From positions 1,216,001 through 1,280,000 of the forward strand of contig OY775910.1 of the NCBI GenBank assembly GCA_963675245.1: a DNA stretch of 64,000 bases. Direction: 5' to 3'. The stretch is from Acholeplasmataceae bacterium. GTDB lineage: Bacteria; Bacillota_I; Bacilli_A; Acholeplasmatales; Acholeplasmataceae. This document shows, piece after piece, positions 22,212-33,756 of this stretch (its first letter is position 1; each line of letters opens with the position of its first letter). The notes below the pieces were generated by a model, which worked only from the letters and a program-made list of their open reading frames with translations, searched no databases and was not told the origin of the DNA. The position numbers and the translations under genes were made by a program.

Positions 22212-25200
22212 ATTTGATCTGTTCAAAGAACAACTCCAATTTAAATCAACCGTGCTCCAAGAAGCTGTTCTCAAGGATGTCATTGTCAGTGAGAAAAATA
22301 GTGCATGGCTTTTTGTCATTACACTCAATGAAATGGTTGCTCCTGATGTGTTGAACTTGTTCATAGTTCAATTAAAAACATATTTCTATATACCGAGAAT
22401 TAAGAATGACATTCATGTATTAATTACATACAAAGATCGTGCTAAATTAAGTGCTTATGCCACTTTATATTATGACTATGCGATTATTGAACTTTCTAAG
22501 GAAAAATCAAGCTATTTAGCACTTAAAAATTATAAAACGACTTTTGAAAATGATACGTTATTCATCTTAATTGATAAAGATAGTACGTATGTAAAAAATT
22601 ACTTTAAAGGGATTCTTACGTTTTTAAAACCGCTAGGCATCCAATTTGAAATTGCCTATAAAATCAATGATGAACTCACACCGACGAAAACGCTCATTTC
22701 GAAATCAATTAAAGACCAAACGAAAGTCCTAGTTGAACGTCAAAAATACGCGGCACAAACACAATCAAAAACAAAGAAATCTTTTACAAGAAAAGCGAGA
22801 CCTGATAGTGTCTCTATCACTGAAATCCCATTAGATCAATATCATCTTGATCAATATAAAAATCAAAAAGGCGACACAAACTTCCTCATTGAAGGTACTA
22901 TTTCAAAACTTGAAATCAGGGAGTTAACAAACACATCACTTTTAAGTTTTGTTTTATATGATGCTGATGATGCGATTACTGTGAAACGTTTCTTAAGACG
23001 ACCAAAAGACTTTGAGCTTGCTCAATCGTTAAAAGAAGGCGATCAAATTCAAGTCGAAGGTCGTGCAAATTTCGATACATATCAAAAAGATGTTGTCGTG
23101 TTTGCTGATGCGATTTATTTCCTTGATAAAGTGAAGAAAAAAGAACGCATGGACAAAGCAAAAGATAAACGTGTCGAATTTCATTTACATACGAAAATGT
23201 CCAATATGGATGGTATTGGGGAAGTATCTGAATATGTTGACACAGCTATAAAATGGGGTCATGAGGCAATTGCGTTTACTGATCATGATGGTCTTTATGC
23301 GTATCCTGAAATCTTTAAGGCAACACGTAATAAACCAATTAAACCTATTTATGGTGTTGAAGTAAACTTTGTTGATGAAGAAGCATTTAAAATTGCTATA
23401 CCATCAGATGAGGCAATTGATTTAAAAGAAGCGACATATGTCGTCTTTGATATAGAAACCACAGGTTTATCTGCTACTAGAGATAAAATCATTGAAATCG
23501 GTGCAGTAAAGATGAGTGCAACCTCCATCATTGAACGATTCCAAATTTTTGTTAATCCAGGAGAAGCTTTATCAACGTTTACAACTGAACTCACAGATAT
23601 AACAGATGAAATGCTTGAAAATGCACCTTCTATCGAAGAAGCTTTACCGCAATTTTTAGCCTTTGCAAAAGGTTCAATTTTAGTTGCACATAACGCAATG
23701 TTTGATGTGGGTCATATTGAGGAGAATGCAAAAGCACTAGGTTTATCATTTGATCAATCTAAAGTCATTGATACACTGAATGCTGCACGATATTTTTATA
23801 GTGACCAATTGAAACGGTTTAATTTAAAAGCAGTTGCTAGTTATTTTAAAGTGAAACAAGAACAACATCACCGTGCAGATGACGACGCGTTAGTCACAGC
23901 AAATATCTGGATGCTTATGCTGATTGATCTTCAAAAGTTCAAGATTAAAACGTATCAAGATATTAATAACGCCATTGATCCAAAAGAAGCATGGCAACAC
24001 CCAATGCCTTATCATGTCAATATTCTCGTACAAAACCAAGTAGGGTATAAAAACTTGTTTAAAGTAATGAGTGATGCGTTAACCGATCACTTCTCAAAAG
24101 GACCCCGTGTTTTAAAATCGGTATTAGATAAAAACAGACAGGGTTTACTCATCGGTTCAGGTTGTGCGAATGGTGATGTATTTGAAGCAGCACTTAATAA
24201 AAGTGATTGTGCTTTAGAAGAAGCGATCAAATATTATGACTATATTGAAGTTCAACCCCCACAAGCCTATGCTCACTTAAAAGAAGGATTAGGAGAATAT
24301 GCGGATTCAGTTATTGAAGCAGTCATATTAAAGATTATTAAAACAGCGAAAGCACAAGACAAACTAGTAATCGCGACCGGTGATGTACATTATCTCGAAA
24401 AGAATGATGTTTTATACCGTGAAATTTATATTAGAACACCGTTAGTTGGTGGAGGTATTCACCAATTATCTAAATATAATACAATGCCAGAACAGTATCT
24501 ATTAACCACAGAAGAAATGCTACAATCTTTTAAATTTTTAGATGAATCGTTGGCACGTGAAATTGTTGTTACAAACACACAAACACTCAATCAAAAAATC
24601 GATCGTATTCAAGCGTTTGTTGATGAATTATATTCACTACCTGATGATGCTTTTATGGAACAATTAGGTATTGAAAGTATTTCTGAAGAAGTCAGACGAC
24701 TCGTGATGGATAAACTATCAGCACTATATGGTCATGCACCACATCAATTGATTTCAGATCGCGTGAATAGAGAATTAACAAATATCATTGAAAATAGTTT
24801 CGCACCGAATTACTACATGTCACATTTACTCGTTAAAAAATCATTAGATGATGGCTATTTGGTTGGATCACGAGGATCTGTAGGGTCTTCTTTAGTTGCT
24901 ACGTTATTAGATATCACAGAAGTAAACCCATTAAAACCCCATTATCGCTGTCCTAATCGCGATTTTACGGCTTTCCACTTGACCGAGGAAGAAAGACTTA
25001 AATATGGTTTAACACCCGAACAAGAGGCATTTCAAGCTGCTTTTGAAGGTGTGCAATGTGGATATGACTTACCGACTAAAACATGTCCTATCTGCGGTGA
25101 GACATTGATTAAAGATGGCCATGATATCCCCTTTGAAACGTTTTTGGGATTCAATGGTGATAAAGTGCCTGATATTGATTTAAATTTCTCAGGCGATTAT

Positions 25201-26664
25201 CAAGCAAAAGCACACTCCTATGTACGAGAACTCATCGGTGAGGATCATACCTTTAGAGCGGGAACCATTCAAACAGTAGCTGAAAGAAATGCATTTGGTT
25301 ATGTGAAAGGTTATTTAGAAGATAAAAATCTAGTTAAAAGACCCGCCCAAATTGAACGTTTAGCAAAACGTATTGAAGGGGTTAAACGATCAACAGGACA
25401 ACACCCTGGTGGTATTGTTGTAGTGCCTAAATCAAAGACTATTTTTGATGTGACACCTATTCAATATCCAGCAGATGATGTCTCATCTGATTGGAAAACA
25501 ACACACTTTGACTACCACTCATTTGAATCTAATCTATTGAAATTAGATATTTTGGGTCATGATGATCCAACAATGATTAAATATTTAATGGATCATGTCT
25601 ATGAACATCCAGATGATTTCCCATTTACAAAAGCACAAGATATCCCTCTTGATGATCCAAAGGTTTATCGTTTATTTTCAGGTACGTCAGTGATTGGAGT
25701 TGAACCAGAAGAAATCATGAGTGATATTGCATCATATGCGATTCCTGAGTTCGGCACACCATTTACAAGACAAATGCTTGAGGATACGAAACCTAATACA
25801 TTTGCTGGTCTTGTTAAAATATCAGGCTTATCACATGGTACAGATGTGTGGCTTAGAAATGCACAAGCTTTAATCAACGGTGAATCAGATTATGGTAAAA
25901 TCTCATTTAACGATATTATTGCTTGTCGTGACGATATTATGGTACAACTTATCGAGTTTGGTTTACTCCCACTACGCGCATTTGAAATTATGGAATTTGT
26001 TAGAAAAGGTAAACCATCAAAAGATCCTGCAAAATGGCTAGATTACGAATCAGAAATGCGCAAAAACAATGTTCCTGATTGGTATATATGGTCGGCATCA
26101 AGAATTAAATATATGTTCCCGAAAGCACACGCGACAGCCTATGTGATTATGGCAATGCGTATAGCTTGGTTTAAAGTGTATAAACCACTCTTGTTTTATA
26201 GTGGATTCTTCTCTAAGCGTACCGATCAGTTTGACTATGAAATCATGGTTGCCGGATCAAACGCGATTAGAAATAAGCTTAATAACTTACAAGCCATTCC
26301 CCAATATATGTTAAAAGCGAAAGACGCATCTTTAATTGTTACATTAGGAGCAGCTTTAGAAATGACAAGAAGAGGTATGATTTTTCTACCTGTTGATATC
26401 AACCACTCTGAAGCAGCAATATTCAAAATGGAAGAAAAAGGATTACGCATGCCATTCAATACAATTGATGGTTTAGGTATGTCAGTAGCCTTAGATATTG
26501 TAAGTCAAAGAGAACAATCACCATTCATGTCTAAAGATGATGTAAAAAATAGAACAAAGATCAATAAAACCGTTTTTGAAAAAATGGAAAATTATGGTGC
26601 TTTCAAGGATTTAAATTCGGAAAATCATGTAATTGGAACGGGACTATTTGCACATTTAAACTGA
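22195..26664 (+). CDS. polC: DNA polymerase III PolC-type
   Basis: HLHTKMS PHP domain, VFDIETTG exonuclease, GSRGSVGSS, KVPDIDLNFSG, YMFPKAHA. Confidence 0.97.
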   Translation: MATSNKFDLFKEQLQFKSTVLQEAVLKDVIVSEKNSAWLFVITLNEMVAPDVLNLFIVQLKTYFYIPRIKNDIHVLITYKDRAKLSAYATLYYDYAIIELSKEKSSYLALKNYKTTFENDTLFILIDKDSTYVKNYFKGILTFLKPLGIQFEIAYKINDELTPTKTLISKSIKDQTKVLVERQKYAAQTQSKTKKSFTRKARPDSVSITEIPLDQYHLDQYKNQKGDTNFLIEGTISKLEIRELTNTSLLSFVLYDADDAITVKRFLRRPKDFELAQSLKEGDQIQVEGRANFDTYQKDVVVFADAIYFLDKVKKKERMDKAKDKRVEFHLHTKMSNMDGIGEVSEYVDTAIKWGHEAIAFTDHDGLYAYPEIFKATRNKPIKPIYGVEVNFVDEEAFKIAIPSDEAIDLKEATYVVFDIETTGLSATRDKIIEIGAVKMSATSIIERFQIFVNPGEALSTFTTELTDITDEMLENAPSIEEALPQFLAFAKGSILVAHNAMFDVGHIEENAKALGLSFDQSKVIDTLNAARYFYSDQLKRFNLKAVASYFKVKQEQHHRADDDALVTANIWMLMLIDLQKFKIKTYQDINNAIDPKEAWQHPMPYHVNILVQNQVGYKNLFKVMSDALTDHFSKGPRVLKSVLDKNRQGLLIGSGCANGDVFEAALNKSDCALEEAIKYYDYIEVQPPQAYAHLKEGLGEYADSVIEAVILKIIKTAKAQDKLVIATGDVHYLEKNDVLYREIYIRTPLVGGGIHQLSKYNTMPEQYLLTTEEMLQSFKFLDESLAREIVVTNTQTLNQKIDRIQAFVDELYSLPDDAFMEQLGIESISEEVRRLVMDKLSALYGHAPHQLISDRVNRELTNIIENSFAPNYYMSHLLVKKSLDDGYLVGSRGSVGSSLVATLLDITEVNPLKPHYRCPNRDFTAFHLTEEERLKYGLTPEQEAFQAAFEGVQCGYDLPTKTCPICGETLIKDGHDIPFETFLGFNGDKVPDIDLNFSGDYQAKAHSYVRELIGEDHTFRAGTIQTVAERNAFGYVKGYLEDKNLVKRPAQIERLAKRIEGVKRSTGQHPGGIVVVPKSKTIFDVTPIQYPADDVSSDWKTTHFDYHSFESNLLKLDILGHDDPTMIKYLMDHVYEHPDDFPFTKAQDIPLDDPKVYRLFSGTSVIGVEPEEIMSDIASYAIPEFGTPFTRQMLEDTKPNTFAGLVKISGLSHGTDVWLRNAQALINGESDYGKISFNDIIACRDDIMVQLIEFGLLPLRAFEIMEFVRKGKPSKDPAKWLDYESEMRKNNVPDWYIWSASRIKYMFPKAHATAYVIMAMRIAWFKVYKPLLFYSGFFSKRTDQFDYEIMVAGSNAIRNKLNNLQAIPQYMLKAKDASLIVTLGAALEMTRRGMIFLPVDINHSEAAIFKMEEKGLRMPFNTIDGLGMSVALDIVSQREQSPFMSKDDVKNRTKINKTVFEKMENYGAFKDLNSENHVIGTGLFAHLN

Positions 26665-26701
26665 TATGATATAATCATATTAGTTAAAGGAGATAATAAT
26701 T

Positions 26702-27457
26702 ATGAGAACTTCAAATCCAGTATTTCGTTCACTAGAAAATACACAAACATATGATGAATCACTTGCTGGTTCAGCGACTTATCGTGGCATCACAGCTAAA
26801 ACATTAACGTTGTTACTAACTATGGTTGCTAGTGGATTCCTATTTATATATGGTTTAATCAGTGGTTTTATTCCTGAAGAATCTTTATTTGGATTCTTAA
26901 TCGGTGCATTGATTGTTGGATTTATTTCTGTTTTAATCGGATCTAGAAGTGTCAATATGGCGATGCCATTTGGTATTATATACGCAATAGCAGAAGGTAT
27001 TTTATTAGGAACAATTACTGCATTAATTGGTGCCGCAATGGGTGAATGGAATATTCCTATTACCGCATTAATCGGTACAGCAGCCATCTTCACCGTTATG
27101 TTGTTCTTATATTCCAGTAGAATTATCAGAGTCACGCCAAGGATGAGACGATTACTTTATAGTATATTACTCGGCGCATTGGTTTTTATGATGATTTATG
27201 GTATTCTATTGTGGGTCAACCCAAGCTTTATGGTATCTGTTTATAGTCCAGGTTTAGCATTAGGTATTACAGCTGTTCTCATTGTCCTAGGTGCATTTAT
27301 GCTCACACTTGATTTTGAAAGAGCAGAAGCGATTATATCAGGTGGATATGACAAGCGATATGAATGGGTTGTATCGATTGGCTTAATGGTCACGCTTGTT
27401 TGGATTTATGTTGAACTTTTAAGATTCTTATTAATTCTTGCTTCAAGAAATAGATAA
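26702..27457 (+). CDS. Bax inhibitor-1/YccA family membrane protein
   Basis: MRTSNP start, ~7 TMs, LDF...EW...GLMVTLVWIYVELLR C-terminus. Confidence 0.8.
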   Translation: MRTSNPVFRSLENTQTYDESLAGSATYRGITAKTLTLLLTMVASGFLFIYGLISGFIPEESLFGFLIGALIVGFISVLIGSRSVNMAMPFGIIYAIAEGILLGTITALIGAAMGEWNIPITALIGTAAIFTVMLFLYSSRIIRVTPRMRRLLYSILLGALVFMMIYGILLWVNPSFMVSVYSPGLALGITAVLIVLGAFMLTLDFERAEAIISGGYDKRYEWVVSIGLMVTLVWIYVELLRFLLILASRNR

Positions 27458-27465
27458 TAAATTTT

Positions 27466-27672
27466 TGATTGAAGAGTAGTAACTAATCATGTTTTAGTTA
27501 AGCGAGCATAGAACGGTGAAAGCTATGCCTAAACTGATGAGTGAATTCACTTCATAGAGATGCTAATAACATCCGTATGCTTGCGTTAAAAGCGTTGAGG
27601 GCTAGAGATGACTCTAGAACTAAGGTGGTACCGCGAATTTTCGTCCTTAGATATATTCTAAGGACTTTTTTA
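27466..27672 (+). ncRNA. T-box riboswitch (Phe specifier)
   Basis: AGCGA and GGTGAAA stem I motifs, GAA-TTC specifier (TTC at 27546-48), T-box AAGGTGGTACCGCG (27622-35), terminator GTCCTTAG...CTAAGGACTTTTTT. Confidence 0.92.
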
Positions 27673-27693
27673 TTTAAAAATAAGGAGATTATT

Positions 27694-28707
27694 ATGAAAA
27701 ACTTATCAGGTATTAAAGATACCGTCATGGCTTTAATTAAACAAGCAGAGACATTAGAAGCGCTTGATGATATTCGTGTAAAATATCTTTCTAAAAAAGG
27801 TAAAATATCATTATTAATGGGTGAACTTAGAAACTTACCTCCTGAAGAAAGACCAACTTTTGGTGCACATGTCAATGACCTAAAACAAGATGTTGGTTTA
27901 GCACTTGCAAACAAAAAAGAGTTCATTGAAGATCAGCTACTACTCGCATCACTTGAAAGAGAAAAGATAGATGTAACATTACCAGGCTATCAGTTTTATA
28001 AAGGTAGTATTCATCCATTGAATCAAGTCATTGAAGATCTTGAAGATCTCTTTATTGGTATGGGTTATAAAGTGGCTGAAGGTCCAGAAGTGGAAAACGA
28101 CTATTATAATTTTGAAATGATGAATTTAGAAAAAGATCATCCAGCAAGAGATATGCAAGATACATTTTATATCAGTGAAGAATTATTACTAAGAACACAC
28201 ACCTCTCCTGTTCAAGCGAGAACAATGCTTGAAATGAAAGGTAATCCTTTAAAGATTATTTGTCCGGGTAAAGTATATCGCAGAGACGATGATGATCCCA
28301 CACACTCTCATCAATTCCAACAAATTGAAGGCTTAGTTATTGATAAAAATATTTCACTAGCCAACTTAAAAGATGCCTTACTTAAAATGGCAAGACACCT
28401 CTTTGGTGAAGATCGAGAAATCAGATTAAGACCATCATATTTTCCTTTTACTGAGCCATCAGTTGAAGTAGATGTCTCATATATTAAAAAAGATGGAACA
28501 GTTGGATATATTGAAATACTAGGTGCAGGTATGGTTCACCCTAACGTCTTAAAGATGGGTGGATATGATCCTGATGTGTATAGTGGATTCGCATTTGGTG
28601 TTGGGGTTGAACGAATCGCTATACTAAAATATCAAATTGATGATATTAGACATTTTTATACCAATGATCTTCGTTTCTTAAGTCAGTTTAAAGGGGATGT
28701 TAGATAA
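27694..28707 (+). CDS. pheS: Phenylalanine--tRNA ligase alpha subunit
   Basis: [27 protein letters not shown]; true start ATG 27694 after AAGGAG. Confidence 0.97.
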   Translation: MKNLSGIKDTVMALIKQAETLEALDDIRVKYLSKKGKISLLMGELRNLPPEERPTFGAHVNDLKQDVGLALANKKEFIEDQLLLASLEREKIDVTLPGYQFYKGSIHPLNQVIEDLEDLFIGMGYKVAEGPEVENDYYNFEMMNLEKDHPARDMQDTFYISEELLLRTHTSPVQARTMLEMKGNPLKIICPGKVYRRDDDDPTHSHQFQQIEGLVIDKNISLANLKDALLKMARHLFGEDREIRLRPSYFPFTEPSVEVDVSYIKKDGTVGYIEILGAGMVHPNVLKMGGYDPDVYSGFAFGVGVERIAILKYQIDDIRHFYTNDLRFLSQFKGDVR

Positions 28708-31064
28708 TGATTATTACAAAAAATATGTTGAAAAACTTTGTGAGTATTCCAGACGATATTTATGATGTTACATATAACAATATCATTGAAGTTGAAGCAT
28801 TTGAAAAAATTAATGAAGCAACAAAGTTAGTGATTGGTCATGTACTATCTTGTGAATATCACCCTAATTCTGATCACTTGCATAAAACAACCGTCGATTT
28901 AGGAGACCGTATAGAACATATCGTATGTGGTGCACCTAATGTTAAAGCTGGTCAGTACGTGATTGTTGCTCAAGTCGGATCAGTGTTACCAGGTAACTTT
29001 GAAATTAAAGCATCCAATATACGTGGTGAAGCATCCAATGGTATGATTTGCTCATTACAAGAATTAGGATTTGAAGAATCTCAAATTCCTGAAGCGTATA
29101 GAGATGGTATTTACGCTTTTGATCATGACGTTGAAATAGGAAAGCCAGCACTAGAAGAACTCGCTTTAAATGGCTGGAAAATGACATTAGGTTTGACACC
29201 TAATAGAGCAGATCTATTATCAACGTTGGGTTTTGCATATGATTTAGCTGCAATGACGAATCAGACCGTAAAAGTTCCAGTTCACAACATCACAGAAACA
29301 ACTGTTAAAAATCCTGTGAAGGTTTCTATTGAATCAGAAGGTTGTGGTCGTTATTATGCGCGATATATCGAAAACATTAAAGTTAAAGAATCACCATGGT
29401 GGTTAAAGAGTGAACTTTTAGCGAGAGATATGAATCCAATTAATAACGTCGTGGATATATCAAATTATGTGTTATTAGAATATGGCACACCACTTCATAT
29501 GTTTGATGCATCTAAAATAAAAACAAATGACATTTTAGTAAGAGATGCAAAAGAGGGTGAAACAGTCATTTCACTAGATGATCAAAAACGTGTGTTAACA
29601 CGTGATGATGTGGTCATTACCAATGGAAAAGAACCAATCGCGATAGCTGGTGTGATGGGTTTACAAAATACGATGATTGATGATCATACAACATCAGTCA
29701 TTCTTGAAGCAGCATACTTTGAACCTAAACGAATTCAAAAAACATCTAAACGTCTCGATTTAAGAAGTGATTCTTCACTTCGTTTCGAACGTGGTATTGA
29801 TGACCAAAGAGTTATGTTAGGTTTAGAAAGAGCCACTGAATTACTAATCGAACTTGCTGACGCGACTGTTAGAAAAGGCATTGCTAGTGCCATTCATCAT
29901 GACATTAAACAGCCTGTAATTCATTTACAAACTGAATATGTTCATAAGCTTTTAGGTGAAGTAGTCCATTCAACACAATTAGAATCATATTTTGATCGTT
30001 TCCGTTATCAATATGAAACATTAGATGATGGTTATAATATCACGCCACCTAGTGATCGAAACGATTTGCAAATTCCTGCAGATTTAATTGAAGAAATCGC
30101 TAGAGTTCATGGTTTAAATAAAATTCCAAGTGTTCAAGAAACAACATTGACAAATGGTTTACTCAGTCCAAAACAAATGAGAAATAGACGTCTTAGACAT
30201 CTCCTTGCAGATTTAGGTTTACAAGAAGCCATTTCTTATAGCTTAGTACCTGAAACAAGCGTAAAAGATTACCAAGATTTAGGTGAACCCCTTAATGTGT
30301 TACAACCGATGTCTGAAGATAAGAAGTCATTAAGACAATCATTACTAAATGGCTTGTTAGAAGCAACCACTTATAATGTTGCGAGACAAGCAGAAAATGT
30401 TCATTTATTTGAAATTGGTCATGTGTATGCCAAAGGAGTTGAACGTGAAAGTTTGGCAATAACCTTATCAGGTACATGGCAGCAATCCTTATGGCAAAAA
30501 GTAGAAGTGCCTGCAGATTTCTTTATTTTAAAAGGGCTTTTAGAACGTGTATTTGCTTATTTAAAATTAGATGTCACATATGAAGCAACTTCTGATAAAG
30601 GATTTTTGCATCCATACAAACAAGCTCATATTATTTATCACAAGCAAGTGATTGGGTATATGGGTGAACTTCATCCTAAAGAAGCTAAGTCAAAAGATCT
30701 AGATCGTGTGTTAGTAGCTGAAATTAATTTAGCATTATTGCCTATTTCACCACAACCACTAGCATTTGAAGCAATATCTAGATTTCCAAGTGTCAGTAGA
30801 GATTTAGCGATTGTCGTAGACGAAGATTTAAAAGTCGGTGAATTGATGGCAATCATGACACAAACAGTAAGAAAAAATTTAGTATCTTTAGATCTTTTTG
30901 ATGTTTATCAAGGTGAACATGTAGAAGAAGGAAAGAAATCACTAGCATTTAGATTTGTATTTAATGATGAAGGACAAACACTTGAACGTGATACAGTAGA
31001 TAAATTGATGAAAAAAGTCATTGGTAGATTATCTCATATGTATCAAGCAACCGTAAGAAATTAA
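28707..31064 (+). CDS. pheT: Phenylalanine--tRNA ligase beta subunit
   Basis: IVCGAPNV, TPNRADLLS, RFERG, DLIEEIAR, FPSVSRDLA. Confidence 0.97.
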   Translation: MIITKNMLKNFVSIPDDIYDVTYNNIIEVEAFEKINEATKLVIGHVLSCEYHPNSDHLHKTTVDLGDRIEHIVCGAPNVKAGQYVIVAQVGSVLPGNFEIKASNIRGEASNGMICSLQELGFEESQIPEAYRDGIYAFDHDVEIGKPALEELALNGWKMTLGLTPNRADLLSTLGFAYDLAAMTNQTVKVPVHNITETTVKNPVKVSIESEGCGRYYARYIENIKVKESPWWLKSELLARDMNPINNVVDISNYVLLEYGTPLHMFDASKIKTNDILVRDAKEGETVISLDDQKRVLTRDDVVITNGKEPIAIAGVMGLQNTMIDDHTTSVILEAAYFEPKRIQKTSKRLDLRSDSSLRFERGIDDQRVMLGLERATELLIELADATVRKGIASAIHHDIKQPVIHLQTEYVHKLLGEVVHSTQLESYFDRFRYQYETLDDGYNITPPSDRNDLQIPADLIEEIARVHGLNKIPSVQETTLTNGLLSPKQMRNRRLRHLLADLGLQEAISYSLVPETSVKDYQDLGEPLNVLQPMSEDKKSLRQSLLNGLLEATTYNVARQAENVHLFEIGHVYAKGVERESLAITLSGTWQQSLWQKVEVPADFFILKGLLERVFAYLKLDVTYEATSDKGFLHPYKQAHIIYHKQVIGYMGELHPKEAKSKDLDRVLVAEINLALLPISPQPLAFEAISRFPSVSRDLAIVVDEDLKVGELMAIMTQTVRKNLVSLDLFDVYQGEHVEEGKKSLAFRFVFNDEGQTLERDTVDKLMKKVIGRLSHMYQATVRN

Positions 31065-31084
31065 CCTGAGCAATCAGGTTTTTC
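31063..31084 (+). terminator. pheT terminator
   Basis: AACCTGA-GCAA-TCAGGTT followed by T-run. Confidence 0.7.
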
Positions 31085-31120
31085 TTTGTTTGAAGTGTTT
31101 TCGTGTATAATATTACATAG

Positions 31121-32146
31121 GTGATGAATGTGTTAATTTATGATTTGACATTTGAAGAACTCGTATCCTTTTTAGGGGAACGAGGATTTAAAAAATACCG
31201 TGCTGATCAAGTTTGGCATTGGTTATATAAACAAAAAGTTACAGCGTTTAGTGATATGAATAATATTCCTTTAGACCTCATTCATTTATTAGAGGAATCT
31301 TTTACGTTAAAAGCATTGGATCTTGTGTTAAAAAACATCAGTGCAGATGGCACGATGAAAGTATTATATGGCTTAAAAGATAATAATCTTATCGAGTCTG
31401 TTTTAATGAAACATCATTATGGTAATTCCATCTGTGTTACAACCCAAGTAGGGTGTAATATTGGGTGTTCCTTCTGTGCTTCAGGCTTACTTAAAAAGCA
31501 ACGTGATTTAACATCTGGAGAGATTATCGCACAAGTGTTAGAAACAGAAAAACTACTTGGTGAACGGATTAATTATGTGGTCGTCATGGGGATTGGTGAA
31601 CCATTGGACAATTATCTTAATCTCACGAAGTTTTTAACGACGATCAACCATTCTAAAGGGCTTGCAATTGGTGCAAGACATATTACTGTATCAACATCTG
31701 GTATTGTGCCTAAAATTAAAGAATATGCACATTTCCCGCTGCAAATTAATTTAGCAATTAGTCTTCATGCGCCGAATAATGAGATCAGAACATCATTGAT
31801 GAAAATCAATAAAGCTTATCCAATCGAGGAAGTCATTGATGCAATTAAATATTATTTAAAGGTAGCGAATCGAAGAGTGACAATTGAATATATTTTAATT
31901 GATGGTGTCAATGATATGCCAGAAGTAGCTCTTGAACTCGTTGCTAGATTAAGAGGACTCAATGTATATGTGAATTTAATCCCATATAATGAAGTACTTG
32001 AAGCGCCTTATAAGCGCTCTAAAATAGAAAACCAATTGACGTTTTATGATATTTTGATGAAACATAAAATCCAAGTGACATTACGTAAAGAACAAGGGCA
32101 TGATATTAATGCTGCTTGTGGGCAATTAAGAAGCCAGCATCTATAG
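31121..32146 (+). CDS. rlmN: Dual-specificity RNA methyltransferase RlmN
   Basis: CVTTQVGCNIGCSFC, MGIGEP, SLHA, AACGQL. Confidence 0.93.
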   Translation: MMNVLIYDLTFEELVSFLGERGFKKYRADQVWHWLYKQKVTAFSDMNNIPLDLIHLLEESFTLKALDLVLKNISADGTMKVLYGLKDNNLIESVLMKHHYGNSICVTTQVGCNIGCSFCASGLLKKQRDLTSGEIIAQVLETEKLLGERINYVVVMGIGEPLDNYLNLTKFLTTINHSKGLAIGARHITVSTSGIVPKIKEYAHFPLQINLAISLHAPNNEIRTSLMKINKAYPIEEVIDAIKYYLKVANRRVTIEYILIDGVNDMPEVALELVARLRGLNVYVNLIPYNEVLEAPYKRSKIENQLTFYDILMKHKIQVTLRKEQGHDINAACGQLRSQHL

Positions 32147-32155
32147 GAGGATCAT

Positions 32156-33112
32156 TTGAAAACAGGTTTTATAACAAAACAAATTTCAAATCAATACACA
32201 GTAAAAGATGTGGATTCAGACGAACTTTTAATCGCGCAAGCACGCGGTAAATTTCGCTTTATGAAACTTAATGAGTCCAATGCATTTAATAAAAACTTAA
32301 CAGCAAAAACAAAAAAAGAACCAAAAACAATCATGGTTAGTCCGAAAGTTGGCGATTATGTCAACTATGAGATTGATGGTGATCACGTTTGGATTACGCA
32401 TATTAAACCAAGAAAGAGTGAATTAACAAGACCTGATGTCGTCAATGTTGATCAAGTATTACTTGTTTTTTCTTGTGTAAGACCTGATTTTTCATTTTAT
32501 TTACTCGACAAATTTCTTGTGATCTTAAATCAAGAAAGTTTACCACCAATTATCGTCATATCAAAAATTGATTTAGTTGACGAAGAAATGTTAAAAACAA
32601 TTAAAGCGGGTATGTCATACTACGAAACACTCGGTTATGAAATTTATTATGTCAATTCTAAACAACGCATTGGTATCGATGTCTTAACACATATATTTAA
32701 ACACAAGATTACAGTGTTAGCGGGTCAAACAGGTGTCGGAAAATCAACGTTACTGAATGCCTTAATGCCTGAATTAGGCCTAAAGACGCAAGAGATTTCA
32801 TTTGCTTTAGGTAGAGGAAAACACACGACAAGGCATACTGAACTCTATCTTTACAACGAAGGTTATATTGTTGATACACCTGGTTTTTCTAAAATTGAGT
32901 TTACTGTTTATTATGAAGATGATTTAAGATTGTTATATCCTGACTTTATTAAACGTTCATCTGACTGTAAATTTGGTAATAAATGTACACATATTCATGA
33001 GCCTGGTTGTGCGGTCAAAGAAGCAGTTGAAGAAGGTCAAATACCGACATCTAGATATGACAATTACTGTGCGTTTATCGATGAAATCAATCAACAAAAG
33101 TTAAAGTTTTAA
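32156..33112 (+). CDS. rsgA: Ribosome small subunit-dependent GTPase A
   Basis: SKIDL, GQTGVGKST, GRGKHTT, DTPG, CKF..C.H..EPGC. Confidence 0.93.
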   Translation: MKTGFITKQISNQYTVKDVDSDELLIAQARGKFRFMKLNESNAFNKNLTAKTKKEPKTIMVSPKVGDYVNYEIDGDHVWITHIKPRKSELTRPDVVNVDQVLLVFSCVRPDFSFYLLDKFLVILNQESLPPIIVISKIDLVDEEMLKTIKAGMSYYETLGYEIYYVNSKQRIGIDVLTHIFKHKITVLAGQTGVGKSTLLNALMPELGLKTQEISFALGRGKHTTRHTELYLYNEGYIVDTPGFSKIEFTVYYEDDLRLLYPDFIKRSSDCKFGNKCTHIHEPGCAVKEAVEEGQIPTSRYDNYCAFIDEINQQKLKF

Positions 33113-33126
33113 AAAGGAGATATGCC

Positions 33127-33756
33127 ATGAAGGTATCACCATCTGTATTATCAGCAAATTTTAATCACTTAAAACATGAGTTGGATCGAATCGCAACTGC
33201 GGATTATGTACATCTTGATATCATGGATGGACATTTTGTACCAAACATTTCATTTGGTCCAGACATTTCAAAGCAAATCAATGAAGCTACTAATCTTGAT
33301 TTAGATGTACACTTAATGGTTACTGACCCGTTAAAATGGGTACATCAATTTGCATTCTCTAAAACAAAGTTCATAACAATCCATATTGAAGCAAATGATG
33401 TTCAAAAAACATTGGATGCTATCAAAATGCACGGCATAGGATGTGGTATTTCACTAAGACCAAATACGAAAGTAGCAGATTTACTACCCTTTTTGGATCG
33501 TGTAGACCTTGTTTTAGTCATGACGGTTGAACCAGGATTTGGTGGTCAATCATTTATGCCAAATATGCTTGAGAAAGTAAAAGAACTAGTTCAACTTAGA
33601 AAAGATCATCATTATGATTACGTCATTGAAGTCGATGGTGGTATTACCAACGAAAACATTGATGATTGTAAAAAAGCTGGTGTGGATATTGTTGTTGCAG
33701 GTAGTTATATTGTGACATCTGAAAATGCAGAAAAAAGCATTTTAAGCTTAAAATGA
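33127..33756 (+). CDS. rpe: Ribulose-phosphate 3-epimerase
   Basis: HLDIMDGHFVPN, DVHLM, MTVEPGFGGQ, EVDGG. Confidence 0.95.
   Translation: MKVSPSVLSANFNHLKHELDRIATADYVHLDIMDGHFVPNISFGPDISKQINEATNLDLDVHLMVTDPLKWVHQFAFSKTKFITIHIEANDVQKTLDAIKMHGIGCGISLRPNTKVADLLPFLDRVDLVLVMTVEPGFGGQSFMPNMLEKVKELVQLRKDHHYDYVIEVDGGITNENIDDCKKAGVDIVVAGSYIVTSENAEKSILSLK

Noticed and set aside
22195..26664. Intein in PolC
   Set aside because: Length of 1489 aa is normal and no intein splicing motifs were seen
27541..27693. 51-aa N-terminal extension of PheS in the ORF track
   Set aside because: It is the T-box leader; the RBS supports ATG 27694
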